48,599 nucleotides of DNA from Clostridiales bacterium DTU032 (GCA_001512745.1 LFSM01000111.1:7029-55627), one strand, 5' to 3'; shown: positions 8,958 through 19,722, counted from the stretch's first letter. Made by a program: numbers and translations. The notes: generated from the sequence alone by a model not told the origin.

Positions 8958-10349
8958 TTAGTCGCGATCTTCTCCCAACTCATCTTGCAGGAACCAGGGC
9001 AAGACACGACCGCCTTGCCTGCTTTGCTTATTCTTGGCAGGCTGCTGTGATTGGTCTTCATCACGGGAAGGTGCTTCATCAAGCACTCTGGGCTCTCGAT
9101 GTTCAGTCATTCTCTCCAGAACCTCTCCGGTCTGACGGCGATATTTCTCACCATCCTGGATCTTTTCAAAACTATCTCTGCTGCCCGGATTACTGCTACT
9201 GCGCGGATAAGTGACCGGCGGAATTTCGCGACGACGCGGCTTAAGGAAATCCGGCAGGTCATCCATGGTCGGAGTCTGTTGTTCATCACCCGGCATTGAT
9301 TTACGGGATGTTGAATACGATGATGCCATGGAAGCTACATTAGCTGATGTCTGCGTTGACTTGGCAGCATGCTGCTTAACCGCTTCTTCTTCAAAGCGGC
9401 TGGCGATAATTGTAATCATGATGTCATCCTGCATGTTATCATCGATAACGGCACCGAAGATGATGTCAGCGTCAGGAGAAACAGCCTCGCGAACCTGAGA
9501 TGCTGCCTCATTGACTTCTTTGATCCGCATATCACGGCCACCGGTAAAGTTAATTATGATGCTGTGAGCACCTTCAATCGTCGTGTCGAGCAAGGGGCTG
9601 CTCATAGCCTGCTTGACAGCTGTAGCTGACCGGCTTTCACCGCTGCCGCGGCCAATACCCATATGGCATACACCGGCGTCAGTCATTACGCGTCTGATAT
9701 CAGCCAGATCGAGGTTGATCAGACCGGGAACTGCGACTAGATCGGAGATGCTGGACACACCATATTGCAGGACATGGTCGGCCATGGAAAAGGCTTCATC
9801 CAGAGAAGTATCGTCGCTGGCTATCTCCAGCAGTTTGTCGTTGGGGACAACGATAAGAGAATCAACATATTGCTCAAGTTTGCGTCGGCCCGCTTCTGCA
9901 TTCTGACGGCGTCTGGAACCTTCAAAACGGAAAGGAGTCGTTACAACGGCTACTGTAAGAATACCCATTTCCCTGGCCTTAGCCGCAATAATAGGCGCTG
10001 CACCGGTACCGGTACCACCACCTAAACCTGCAGTAATAAAGAGCATATCCGTGCCCTGAATGGCCTTGGCAATATCCTCTATATTCTCTTCCGCCGCCTT
10101 CTGCCCCATATCGGGATTAGCTCCGCAGCCTAAGCCACGAGTCACTTTCTCACCAACCTGTATTGCTGTGGAAGCTTTAGTGCGGGACAGAGCCTGATGA
10201 TCGCTGTTCACAGAAATGAACTCTATGCCCTGAACTCCATCTTCTATCATGCGGTCAACTGCGTTGCCGCCGCCGCCACCAACACCTACTACTCTTATAG
10301 TCGCGTAGAAATCATCGTCCATACCAAAATCAAAATTATATTCTGCCAA
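8958..10349 (-). CDS. ftsZ: Cell division protein FtsZ
   Basis: [18 protein letters not shown] signature, PFRFEG, GLINLD; TTG start after AAGGAG. Confidence 0.98.
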   Translation of the reverse strand: MAEYNFDFGMDDDFYATIRVVGVGGGGGNAVDRMIEDGVQGIEFISVNSDHQALSRTKASTAIQVGEKVTRGLGCGANPDMGQKAAEENIEDIAKAIQGTDMLFITAGLGGGTGTGAAPIIAAKAREMGILTVAVVTTPFRFEGSRRRQNAEAGRRKLEQYVDSLIVVPNDKLLEIASDDTSLDEAFSMADHVLQYGVSSISDLVAVPGLINLDLADIRRVMTDAGVCHMGIGRGSGESRSATAVKQAMSSPLLDTTIEGAHSIIINFTGGRDMRIKEVNEAASQVREAVSPDADIIFGAVIDDNMQDDIMITIIASRFEEEAVKQHAAKSTQTSANVASMASSYSTSRKSMPGDEQQTPTMDDLPDFLKPRRREIPPVTYPRSSSNPGSRDSFEKIQDGEKYRRQTGEVLERMTEHREPRVLDEAPSRDEDQSQQPAKNKQSRQGGRVLPWFLQDELGEDRD

Positions 10350-10570
10350 GGATATGCTCCTTTCGTAATAAAATCAGTTTTCCTGGATGTAATTACAAGC
10401 TTACAACTGATTTTAAGCGAGGTTCCTTCTTTATACCTCTAATGTATTTGGCGTTATTCTACATGAAAGCCCATATATTTACAATAAGGAAGCACTCAAA
10501 TCCCTCTACAATCAAGCTTTTGACTATTTACATGTTGTCATCTTAATGAGATTGCCTCAACTTATTAATA

Positions 10571-10981
10571 TTATTTTTTGCTTTTGCCTTCTTCTGCGCT
10601 TTTTGGGGCAGCTGGCTCATTTATTTCCACTCTGGCGGAGTTCCTTCTATCTTTAAATCGCTTGTATAAATCTGCAACATATTCTCTGAAATTTTTGAAG
10701 ATACGATAGGTGAAAACAAAGGCAATTATTGTTGATAATTCAAAATTTATCTGCTTGCCTAAAGCAGCCAAAAACACTGCCATCGCAGTATTTGCGAAGA
10801 ATTCTAAAAGGAAATTATTCTCCGCCTTTCTGTCTTCACTTTTCTTATTGAGAACCGAAAGCAATATATCTGCTCCGGAGAGGACGAGAAGAGCAAGATA
10901 GGGTGCCCAGGCGGCAGGAACAGGTACACTAACAAACAAACCTATGATTAGACCGATTAGCAAGCCTATTAGTGGTAACAA
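10571..10981 (-). CDS. DUF1290/small basic protein (Sbp)-like membrane protein
   Basis: LIGLLIG..PYLALLVLSGAD..FFANTAMAVFLAALG..RIFKNF pattern; located between ftsQ and ftsZ; TTG start after GAAGGGAG. Confidence 0.75.
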   Translation of the reverse strand: MLPLIGLLIGLIIGLFVSVPVPAAWAPYLALLVLSGADILLSVLNKKSEDRKAENNFLLEFFANTAMAVFLAALGKQINFELSTIIAFVFTYRIFKNFREYVADLYKRFKDRRNSARVEINEPAAPKSAEEGKSKK

Positions 10982-11043
10982 TGTTGCTCTCCCTTCAGTG
11001 TTTTGGGGAATTGTCAGTTGTAAGTACATGTCGGAATGGTCCT

Positions 11044-11994
11044 TCAGGACTTGTCAGGACGAAAATGCACTGTCAGTCCGGTCATGTCGAGTTCACCCGC
11101 TGATTTGTCTGTGAACTGCTCAACAAAGATCAGGTCAGAAAGCAATACAAGTTTATCCTGTAAGTACCTGTTATCATCCAGTTTAACACGAATCATACCG
11201 CCCTGCGTACTGGGAATATGTAAGAAAAAAGTATTATTATCCTGCCAAATGATATGCCGAATTAGCGGCAGCAAGTGCTTGCCATCAGCCTTACTGCTGT
11301 CATTGCGTATAATCTCCGCTGTTACGCTAATCGACTTTTGCAGTCTTTCCTTCTGATCTGTCTGTAGTTGAACCCCCGGCTCCGCTGTCTCTTTTAACAC
11401 TATTTGCTCCACGCTGGGAAAGATATCTGAGGCTTCCTCCAGCAGCTCTAAAACTATGAGGTCTTTGTCAATCAGAGCGTAGCCACCGGGTACGCGAACA
11501 CACAAAACTTCAGTTTTCTCTTTTAGATCGATCTTTATTCTTCCGGGATAGGAAAAATACACCTCTGCAGCATCCAGTAAAGGAGACTCAGCCAGCAGCT
11601 TTTCTTCAGCAGCCCCATAATGAAGAGTCAGCAAAGATTTGAGATTACCGCCTATTTGGTAAAGAAAATGTTTGTCCAGATGGTGCGAGACGCCGTCTTT
11701 CACGCTTTGCGCATCCAGTCTGTAGGCTCCACTAACCTCTATGCTATCAATGGTAAAACCCGGTACAAGTGCGAGTAAAGTAATAATGACCAGCAGAGCT
11801 GCAATAATTGATAAAAATATAAGCGGCTTTTTGCTCATCAGATTTGAACGCCGCTGTTCCTTTCTCCTCTTTTTCCTGCTTTCCTCAGAAAATGGTGAAG
11901 GCTGAAAGCTGGCGCTCTTCGGTCGTTGAAGCTCTTTTGATCTTTTAGGAGCTAAACGACGGGACGAATACTTTTGTTTACTTGCTTTGCTCAT
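11044..11994 (-). CDS. ftsQ: Cell division protein FtsQ/DivIB
   Basis: Basic N-terminal tail, one TM, POTRA-like FTIDSIEVSG...YPGRIKIDLKE; follows murG. Confidence 0.8.
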   Translation of the reverse strand: MSKASKQKYSSRRLAPKRSKELQRPKSASFQPSPFSEESRKKRRKEQRRSNLMSKKPLIFLSIIAALLVIITLLALVPGFTIDSIEVSGAYRLDAQSVKDGVSHHLDKHFLYQIGGNLKSLLTLHYGAAEEKLLAESPLLDAAEVYFSYPGRIKIDLKEKTEVLCVRVPGGYALIDKDLIVLELLEEASDIFPSVEQIVLKETAEPGVQLQTDQKERLQKSISVTAEIIRNDSSKADGKHLLPLIRHIIWQDNNTFFLHIPSTQGGMIRVKLDDNRYLQDKLVLLSDLIFVEQFTDKSAGELDMTGLTVHFRPDKS

Positions 11995-13141
11995 TACCGC
12001 CGTTATCCTTTGCCGAAAGATACGGAGCGATTTTCTGATAGATTAGCTGTGCTGCCGGTAATTTATCTGTTGCAGCAAGAGCTTGAGACATTGCTTGCAG
12101 TTCCTCAGGCTCATTAATAAAATAACTAACTTTTTCTACAAAGTAATCGCTGCTGAAGTTCTCATCTTTTACCATAATTGACCCGCCAATTGCGGACAGG
12201 CTTTGCGCATTTTTAGTCTGGTGGTCATCCATGGCCTGGGGGTAAGGGACCAGAATCGAAGGTTTAGCCAGGGCAATCAATTCTGCACAAGTCATGGCAC
12301 CGGAACGTGAAATCACGAGGTCGGATGCAGACATCCATTGCGCCATGTTGTAGAGGTAACTGGTAACCTGCACATTGGAAATTCCCTCGTAGATTTCAGG
12401 TGAGCTCTCCTGTTCTTTACCGGTACTTAGCATGATCATCAGTTCAGGATGCCGGTCAACCAGACTCTGCCAGCCGGAATTATCGCGCAGGTTACTGATT
12501 GCCTTGTTCAGGCGTTGCGCCCCGAGACTGCCGCCAGTGACGACAACGAGAAAACGATCCTGGGCAATGCCGATTGCATGTCTTCCTGCTTCTTTGTTCA
12601 GTGTATAAAAAACAGGCTGCACAGGATTACCGGTCACTGTTATCCTGGCCTGGTCAGAAAAATTCTTCTTGCTGTCTTCATTAGTTACAAAGACCTCCGC
12701 TGCGCGTTTGGCGAAAAAGCGGTTGGCTCTTCCCGGGTAAACATTCTGCTCGTGTAAGACAAAGGGAATCTTGCATTGGCCGGCAGCCATAATCACCGGA
12801 CCGCTCACATAACCGCCTGTCCCGACAACCAGAAGGGGCTTTACCTCTTTTATCAGTCGCCTGGCTGTTAAAGTTCCTTGAATATTATCTTTTACCCAGC
12901 GAAAAAACCAAGGTGAGTATTTAGTTGGAATACCACGGGCGGAAATCGGTATAAACTCATAACCCGCTGCCGGTACCATTTCTTCTTCAATATTGCCCTT
13001 TAAGCCACAGAAAATAATCCTGATATCCGGGTGCCGTTCTCTGATTTCACCGGCAATAGCTAATGCAGGATGTATATGTCCACTGGTGCCTCCGGCAACA
13101 AATATGACTGTTTTCTGAGAATGGTTTGCCCTTGTCTTCAC
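11978..13141 (-). CDS. murG: Lipid II GlcNAc transferase MurG
   Basis: GGTSGHIHPA, GTGGYVSGP, HEQN, GGSLGA, SRSGA, DHQTKNA. Confidence 0.97.
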   Translation of the reverse strand: MKTRANHSQKTVIFVAGGTSGHIHPALAIAGEIRERHPDIRIIFCGLKGNIEEEMVPAAGYEFIPISARGIPTKYSPWFFRWVKDNIQGTLTARRLIKEVKPLLVVGTGGYVSGPVIMAAGQCKIPFVLHEQNVYPGRANRFFAKRAAEVFVTNEDSKKNFSDQARITVTGNPVQPVFYTLNKEAGRHAIGIAQDRFLVVVTGGSLGAQRLNKAISNLRDNSGWQSLVDRHPELMIMLSTGKEQESSPEIYEGISNVQVTSYLYNMAQWMSASDLVISRSGAMTCAELIALAKPSILVPYPQAMDDHQTKNAQSLSAIGGSIMVKDENFSSDYFVEKVSYFINEPEELQAMSQALAATDKLPAAQLIYQKIAPYLSAKDNGGNEQSK

Positions 13142-13153
13142 TTATAACTCTCT

Positions 13154-14593
13154 CTAGCTTTTATGCTGGTCCAGAACGCGCACCAATTCAGGATTGCGCT
13201 GAACTCCGGTCTTAGATACACACAAAATCAAAGCAGCAGCTAAAGCGAAAATTATGTTCGCCGTACCGCCTGCTGAAAAAAACGGTAAGGATATGCCTGT
13301 TGCTGGTATGAGACTAGTCGCAACAGCCATATTTAAAAAAGCCTGAAATACAATCAAAAAGGTGAATCCTGCTGCTATATTACGTGCGGCCATGTTTGAT
13401 GCCCGCGCTGCAATGGAAAAACCGCCGATGAGAAAGAGCATGAAAATGAGCAGGACTGCGAGTGTGCCGATTAAGCCTAATTCTTCGCCAATGATCGGAA
13501 AAATGAAATCGTTGTGAGCTTCTGCCAACCAGTTAAGTTTCTGTGTACTCCGGCCCAGACCGACACCGGTCAATCCTCCCACACCAAATGCTATTTCTGC
13601 TTGTTCAACCTGCCTGCGGCCATCAGCATCGACAGAATCACGATCCCTGAATAAGTCCAAACGCTTCTGAGAGTGGGCGAATCTTTCAGAAACAAATTCA
13701 GGCAGGGATTTGTCATAAAAGACCGGTATAAACAGACTGAACAAGAGTAAGGCTACCAGCAGAAGCGGAATGGCATGGAGCAGCAAACCTCTGACAAAGG
13801 ATTCCGCTGGTATTTTTCCCATAAGAAACATCAAAACTGTCAGAACTGTAAGAATTATTGCGCCAGACATATGAGGCTGCAAGAGGACCAGTATGACCCA
13901 CAAGCCCATTAATAAAAGAGGGCGGGTGAAATCATAGAAAGTTTCCCTGTGTTTCTTTTTTAATTCACTTTCTGTTTTTTTGCCCCGGGCCACTTCCATT
14001 CCCGCCTTGTTTTTTCGCAGTTGCTGGCGCTCATAAAAATAGCTGGACAGATAATAGACCACACCGATCTTTGCCAGTTCTGAAGGCTGGAATTGAATGA
14101 AACCGATAACGACCCAGCGTTGCGCGCCCTGACTGGTTACACCTTTGAATGCTGTATAAAACAGAAGAAGCGTAATTATAAGATAGAGAATTGTACGCAG
14201 GCGGGGGCGGAGCAATTGCCGAAAAGGAACAAAGAGAGCGATAATTATCGCAATTATCGAACCAATTATGCTTAAACGCAACTGACGGGCGGCGGAAGCG
14301 GTGGCGTCAGCGACAACCTCAGTTCGCAGTGCTTCAGGCAAGTCCTGCAAGGCCGCCTCATCTTCAATCACATTGATATAACTGCTTGTGTTGACAAAAC
14401 TTTCGCCGAAACTGGCACTGAACATCATGATAAAGCCAAAGGCCATCAGGCTGATCCAGATAAAGAAAAAAGGCAGTGAGATACGCTTATGGCGAGCAAT
14501 ATCTTCAGGTCTCAATTCCACTTCTTCAGTGGCAGTCTCCTCTGCTGAATAACCGGGAAATCTTATAAGTTGTTCCTGCACATCATCCGCCAT
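13154..14593 (-). CDS. ftsW: SEDS peptidoglycan polymerase FtsW/SpoVE
   Basis: GAQRW, FQPSELAK, AEAHNDFIF.IIGEELG, PATGISLPFFSAGG; position in dcw cluster. Confidence 0.9.
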   Translation of the reverse strand: MADDVQEQLIRFPGYSAEETATEEVELRPEDIARHKRISLPFFFIWISLMAFGFIMMFSASFGESFVNTSSYINVIEDEAALQDLPEALRTEVVADATASAARQLRLSIIGSIIAIIIALFVPFRQLLRPRLRTILYLIITLLLFYTAFKGVTSQGAQRWVVIGFIQFQPSELAKIGVVYYLSSYFYERQQLRKNKAGMEVARGKKTESELKKKHRETFYDFTRPLLLMGLWVILVLLQPHMSGAIILTVLTVLMFLMGKIPAESFVRGLLLHAIPLLLVALLLFSLFIPVFYDKSLPEFVSERFAHSQKRLDLFRDRDSVDADGRRQVEQAEIAFGVGGLTGVGLGRSTQKLNWLAEAHNDFIFPIIGEELGLIGTLAVLLIFMLFLIGGFSIAARASNMAARNIAAGFTFLIVFQAFLNMAVATSLIPATGISLPFFSAGGTANIIFALAAALILCVSKTGVQRNPELVRVLDQHKS

Positions 14594-14606
14594 AAACTAC
14601 TCCCAA

Positions 14607-15638
14607 TCAAATAGCGCTGTAAATGAACAAAATGCCCAAGAATCCGGAAGCAATTCCTATCAGATAGAAAATATTAGTTACCTTCTGCTCAGTCCAGCCG
14701 CCCAGCTCAAAATGGTGGTGAAGTGGGGCCATTCTAAATATTCTTTTACCGCCGGTACGACGGTAATAAAATCTTTGCATAACAACGGACAGTCCTTCAA
14801 AGAAAAAGACAAAGCCGATAATGACGGCCAGATAGGGAGTTCCCATAACGACACAAATTAGGGTAAAACCAATACCCAAAGCCTGAGAACCCGTGTCACC
14901 CATGAAGATCCGTGCGGGGTGGCGGTTAAAAAACAAAAAACCTAAACAGCCTGCAACTATAAGCATGGGCAGGAACTGCGATTGATACGGCAGCAGATGG
15001 GCAATTACCAGGATACGGGCGACTGCTGTCAGGAAGGTGCAGGCAATTGCCATCAATCCGGACAAGAGACCATCCAATCCATCAGTTATGTTTACTGAAT
15101 TGCTCATATAAAAAAGAAAGGGAATCAGAAACAGGAAATATAAGAATTGCCAGATACCGCTCAGAACAATTTTTCCCATAGTAAAAGGCATGAGAAAGTA
15201 TGTTTCTCCCGGCCGTATGTACACAAGCCAGGCCGATGCCAGGATGGAGAGCAGACCCAGCATTACGGTTTTTTGCCTGATGCTCAGGCCGTCTTTCGAA
15301 ATCCGAACTTTAATGTAGTCATCGATAAAGCCGACAATGGCAAACAAAAGCATAAATAGGAGTATTATGCCGAAGGTCTGCAGACCCGAGTAGATCAGAA
15401 ATGAGGCCAGGCCCACAATAAAGAGGGGCAGAAGAAAAAACAAAGCTCCGAAAGTTGGAGTACCGCTTTTTGAATAATGCGATTTAGGACCGTCGTCACG
15501 TACACGCTGACCAACATTCAGTTTCTTTACCAGAGGCATACCCAGGGCTCCGATTGTTACAGTAGCCAGAAACACTATCAAAGCCCAGATCAGCATGGTC
15601 TGGCCATCTAACATTTTAGTCGCCAAAAAAAGGCTCAT
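14607..15638 (-). CDS. mraY: Phospho-N-acetylmuramoyl-pentapeptide transferase
   Basis: GPKSHYSKSGTPTFG, GFIDDY, NITDGLDGL, FMGDTGS, MAPLHHHFEL. Confidence 0.97.
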   Translation of the reverse strand: MSLFLATKMLDGQTMLIWALIVFLATVTIGALGMPLVKKLNVGQRVRDDGPKSHYSKSGTPTFGALFFLLPLFIVGLASFLIYSGLQTFGIILLFMLLFAIVGFIDDYIKVRISKDGLSIRQKTVMLGLLSILASAWLVYIRPGETYFLMPFTMGKIVLSGIWQFLYFLFLIPFLFYMSNSVNITDGLDGLLSGLMAIACTFLTAVARILVIAHLLPYQSQFLPMLIVAGCLGFLFFNRHPARIFMGDTGSQALGIGFTLICVVMGTPYLAVIIGFVFFFEGLSVVMQRFYYRRTGGKRIFRMAPLHHHFELGGWTEQKVTNIFYLIGIASGFLGILFIYSAI

Positions 15639-17143
15639 TATTCAGTCCTCGCTTCTGCGGGCAGGAATTTATTCTGCAAAGCTTTGGTTACGCGTTCCAG
15701 ATGATAATAACGCGAGGCTTTTAATAAGACAAAATCTCCGCCCTCAACTTCCTGAAGAATCCGCGGCATGGCATCATCAACAGTCGTGTACCAGCCGGCA
15801 AAAAGATTGCGGCCTTCTGCTGTCTGCAAAAGTTTTTTCTTGGTATATTCCGTTTCTTTTCCAATCAGGATAATGCGGTCAAAATTGTAAGCTAAAATTT
15901 GACGGGCAGCGGTTTCGTGAACGCCTTTAGTATAACGCCCTAATTCACGCATTCCGCCCAGAACCAGTATGCGGCGACGTTCTTCAGCCATGATATCAAC
16001 AGTCTCCAGCGCTGAAGCAAATGACTCCGGAGATGCATTATATGCATCATCCATGACAGTAATAGTTCCCAGGTCCATCTGCTTTTGACGGCTGCCGATA
16101 TTAGTGAACTTAACAGCTGAGCCGGCGGCTTCATTCATGTCGAGCCCTAAGGCATAGGCAACGGCTAAGCCAAATAAAGAAGTATTCACATAGTGCTCGC
16201 CGGCTACCGGCAGGCTTATCTCCCACTGCTCATCAGGAGCCAGATTACTGCAGGCGATAAAGGAAGTACCGTTTTTATCGATTACCAGATCTTCCCACCA
16301 AAAAACAGGGCTGCCTTCACGCTCCAGCCGCGAAACGTTTTCTTTGCTTGCTACGAACCAGACCGGTACTGAAGGGAGCTCGCGGAGATACCATTCCTCA
16401 AGGAGCGGATCATCGCCGTTGAGTAACAAGAGGCCATTTTCTTTCATTCCTTTGATAATGGAAGTTTTTTCTTCCAGGATATTACGCATCGTGCCCAGAT
16501 ATTCCGCATGTGAAAAACCGATGTTTGTAATTATGCTTATATCCGGCCTGGCGATATTGGATAATTGCTCGATCTCGCCCGGTCTGTCCATTGCCACTTC
16601 TGTCACAAGTACTTGTGTGTCGGGATCTGTAGATAAAAGGGTGTCGGACAAGCCAATTTCATTATTCAGATTGCCTTCTGATTGCTCTGATATTAATTGT
16701 GATCTGACCATATTGCAAATCATATTCCGGGTCGTGGTCTTCCCTACACTGCCCGTAACCGCTACAACTGAGCATGACAACATCTTACGGTAACCTGCTG
16801 CCAGGTCCTGGTAAGCCTTCCAGGTATCGTCCACCAATAACAGATCCGGTCCGCCCACATCGCCTGATTCAACGTCTCTGATCCATTTTTTCACTAATGG
16901 TTCATCTTTCTCAACAACAAGCAAACCGGCTCCTTTTTTTACCGCTTCTGCAAGAAAACGATGTCCGTCGAAATGATCACCCCGCAAGGCGACATATGCT
17001 TCACCGACTTGTAGAGTCCGCGTATCTTTAGAAATACCGCTGTAAAACCTGTCAGTATCTTCCTCGTGCCGGGGTTCGCGCACCATCGTCCCCCCCGTCC
17101 ACTGCTTCATTTGACTTGGTAAAAACCTACCCACTTCAATCAA
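15638..17143 (-). CDS. murF: UDP-MurNAc-tripeptide D-Ala-D-Ala ligase
   Basis: FDGHRF, TGSVGKTTT, NLNNEIG, DDAYNASPES, LGGMRELG, LLKASR. Confidence 0.93.
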   Translation of the reverse strand: MIEVGRFLPSQMKQWTGGTMVREPRHEEDTDRFYSGISKDTRTLQVGEAYVALRGDHFDGHRFLAEAVKKGAGLLVVEKDEPLVKKWIRDVESGDVGGPDLLLVDDTWKAYQDLAAGYRKMLSCSVVAVTGSVGKTTTRNMICNMVRSQLISEQSEGNLNNEIGLSDTLLSTDPDTQVLVTEVAMDRPGEIEQLSNIARPDISIITNIGFSHAEYLGTMRNILEEKTSIIKGMKENGLLLLNGDDPLLEEWYLRELPSVPVWFVASKENVSRLEREGSPVFWWEDLVIDKNGTSFIACSNLAPDEQWEISLPVAGEHYVNTSLFGLAVAYALGLDMNEAAGSAVKFTNIGSRQKQMDLGTITVMDDAYNASPESFASALETVDIMAEERRRILVLGGMRELGRYTKGVHETAARQILAYNFDRIILIGKETEYTKKKLLQTAEGRNLFAGWYTTVDDAMPRILQEVEGGDFVLLKASRYYHLERVTKALQNKFLPAEARTE

Positions 17144-17173
17144 TCTCCTAAACCTGAAAAAATCCTGCTCGCT

Positions 17174-19657
17174 TTATGGCAGAGGATCTGTTTCAAGATC
17201 AAGTTCCGCTTCCGGTTCAACATAATCTTCTTCTGCGCTATTCGGAGGATCAGGATCAACTGCCACTGGAGGAGTATATACGACAGGATCTCTTTCCTCA
17301 ACATTCACGTATTCAGAAAAGCTTAGTTTAATCACAGTCCCTTTCGGAACCATAACTTTATTATTATTCTGTGTACCATTGGGAGCCCCGCTTACATCTG
17401 CGCCGGCTTCTGTGTCTGCAGCGTTTTTAGGCGACTGGTCGACACATAATCCCTGTATCTCACCTACAGGCTGAATCAGCAGCCCTGATTCAGCTGCCAG
17501 CCAAATAGTCTCGTGATAATTCTTGTCTCTAAAGTCCGGTACAGTCACCCATTCTACTTCATTTAGAGCCTTGGGGTAAAGCCACACTGTAGATCCTTTC
17601 CCAACAATACTTCCTGTTGCGGGCAGACTCTGTGCCAGGGGCTTGTCCAGATAGAACTGATCCGTTGGCACCGAAGCTGCCAGACCCAGATCAGATAGTT
17701 TAGCGGCTGCCTCAGCCACCGTTAATCCTGTAAAGTCAGGGATTTCAACGGAATATCTCAGCGCATCTAACTCTGCAGCGCTATAGTCCTGTTTCAGCCC
17801 CAAATAATTTAAAATCCGGGCAGATATGCGGTTGCTGGCGCGCGCAGCGACTACACTGCTGCTTCTTATTCCCGGATCCCGAATTACGATTAAGGAGACG
17901 AAGCGGGGATCATTAACCGGGGCCACTCCTGCGAAGGAATATGTAGGTATGCCATTGAGCTCGTCTATTGATGTGCCGGTCTTTCCTCCCAGTCTGAAAC
18001 CTTCGCTGCCGAAAGTATTGTTATATCCCAGATACACGACATCCTCCAGCAGAGACAGAACGCGTTTACAGCTAGTGGCTGAAAATAGCTGTTCTCCCTT
18101 TTCTATCGCCAGTTCCTGATAGGCACCATCGCCGGTTGACTCGTATGCTCTGATCAAGCGGGGTGTATTCATGTAACCTCCGCTGGCAATCGTAGCGTAG
18201 AAATTAGCCAGTTGCAGGGGTGTCACGGTAGATGATTCACCAAAAGTCAGGTTGGCAAAGTCAAGCGGCATTGGATTTGTGTGAAATATTCCGGCAGCCT
18301 CGCCATAGAGGTCAACACCGCTTGTGCCTTTAAAGCCCAGCTTCTCAATATAGTCATAATATAGGTCCATGCCGATTTCATTGCCAAGACGGACAAAAAC
18401 AGGGTTGCAGGAACGATAAAATGCTTCACGCAAAGTCTCGTTGCCGTGACCTTCACCTGTAACACAATACATGGTCTCTCCCTGCATGGTAATAGGATCA
18501 TCACTATAGACAACGTACTCTCCTGACAGTTCTTCTTCTAAAGCGATAGCAAGAGTGACTGTTTTAAAAGTGGAGCCCGGCTCATAAGATGCACTGACAT
18601 TATAATTGGTCCAGAGATGTTCGCTGCGATATTTAGTCCGCTGTTCTTCTTCAAGACTGTCCCAGTATTCCTGTTCTATCCCTAAAGGCAGTCCTGTCGG
18701 GTCGTCTGAGTGATATGAAGGGATTTGATCCATTGCCAGGATATCACCCGTATACAAATCCATTATGATCCCTGATATGCCTTTAACTGAACCTGTAGCC
18801 GCAGCTATGGAAAGCAGTTCTTCGTGCAGGATTGACTGTATGCTGCTGTCGATAGTTGAGTAGAGAGTCTGACTGGAGCTGCCTTGTTCTTTAATGCTGG
18901 AGGAAAAAGGAACAGCTCCCTGTGTCAAATAATTGTTTCGTTTCTGATAGATATAAGTTGCTGAACCGGACAGCAGATCATTGTAGCTGGCTTCAAGGCC
19001 GGAAACACCCTCGAGACCTTCCGCTTCAGTCCGCGTCATTCCCAGCACGGATGAAGCGAGATCAAGGTTGTTATATACTCTTTTTTCTTCTGCGTCAAAA
19101 CGAAAACCGCCAACACCGTTTTCTTGCAGCCAGTTCTTCAGTCTCTCCGCTTTGCTTTCCGGCACATAGGCTGCAAGCTGCAGGTAAGCTATGCGTTCAC
19201 GTTCACTAGCCAGCATAACAGCTTCAGATAAAGATAAATTATCATCCACCGTAATCAGTGAACGAACCCGGTCTGCGCTTTCATCCTTAAGTCCAAGAGT
19301 TGATATAAGCATATCGGCAATATCTTCCTGATCAATATTCGGATTGTTTGAACTAACCACAGAAGGTGTCATTCCGACCCGATACACATAAGATGATGAG
19401 ACCAGAGGATAACCATTACGATCTAAAATAGAGCCACGCTTGGATTCGTATTTCGTTACTGAGTGTTGCTGTCTGGCTGCGCGTTCAGTCAGTTCATCGC
19501 TTTGAACAATATGCAGCTGATAAAGCTGGCCAACGATCAATCCGGCAAAAATTAAAAAGCAAATGCTGACAACAATTAACGGCAAGCTGCCTACAGACTG
19601 AGAGGAAGCCTTTTTATATTTAGATAATGATGTAACTTTGTCTTGACGCCGTGACAT
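17174..19657 (-). CDS. Class B penicillin-binding protein (FtsI/SpoVD type) with PASTA domains
   Basis: RGSILDRNG, GLEASYN, YEPGSTFK (SxxK), SCN, KTGT, and two PDF-type PASTA repeats. Confidence 0.93.
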   Translation of the reverse strand: MSRRQDKVTSLSKYKKASSQSVGSLPLIVVSICFLIFAGLIVGQLYQLHIVQSDELTERAARQQHSVTKYESKRGSILDRNGYPLVSSSYVYRVGMTPSVVSSNNPNIDQEDIADMLISTLGLKDESADRVRSLITVDDNLSLSEAVMLASERERIAYLQLAAYVPESKAERLKNWLQENGVGGFRFDAEEKRVYNNLDLASSVLGMTRTEAEGLEGVSGLEASYNDLLSGSATYIYQKRNNYLTQGAVPFSSSIKEQGSSSQTLYSTIDSSIQSILHEELLSIAAATGSVKGISGIIMDLYTGDILAMDQIPSYHSDDPTGLPLGIEQEYWDSLEEEQRTKYRSEHLWTNYNVSASYEPGSTFKTVTLAIALEEELSGEYVVYSDDPITMQGETMYCVTGEGHGNETLREAFYRSCNPVFVRLGNEIGMDLYYDYIEKLGFKGTSGVDLYGEAAGIFHTNPMPLDFANLTFGESSTVTPLQLANFYATIASGGYMNTPRLIRAYESTGDGAYQELAIEKGEQLFSATSCKRVLSLLEDVVYLGYNNTFGSEGFRLGGKTGTSIDELNGIPTYSFAGVAPVNDPRFVSLIVIRDPGIRSSSVVAARASNRISARILNYLGLKQDYSAAELDALRYSVEIPDFTGLTVAEAAAKLSDLGLAASVPTDQFYLDKPLAQSLPATGSIVGKGSTVWLYPKALNEVEWVTVPDFRDKNYHETIWLAAESGLLIQPVGEIQGLCVDQSPKNAADTEAGADVSGAPNGTQNNNKVMVPKGTVIKLSFSEYVNVEERDPVVYTPPVAVDPDPPNSAEEDYVEPEAELDLETDPLP

Positions 19658-19722
19658 AAATAATCTATCAATCTCCGTCTATTTTTCATGTCTGATTCAG
19701 CTTTCACTAAGGTGAACCCCCA

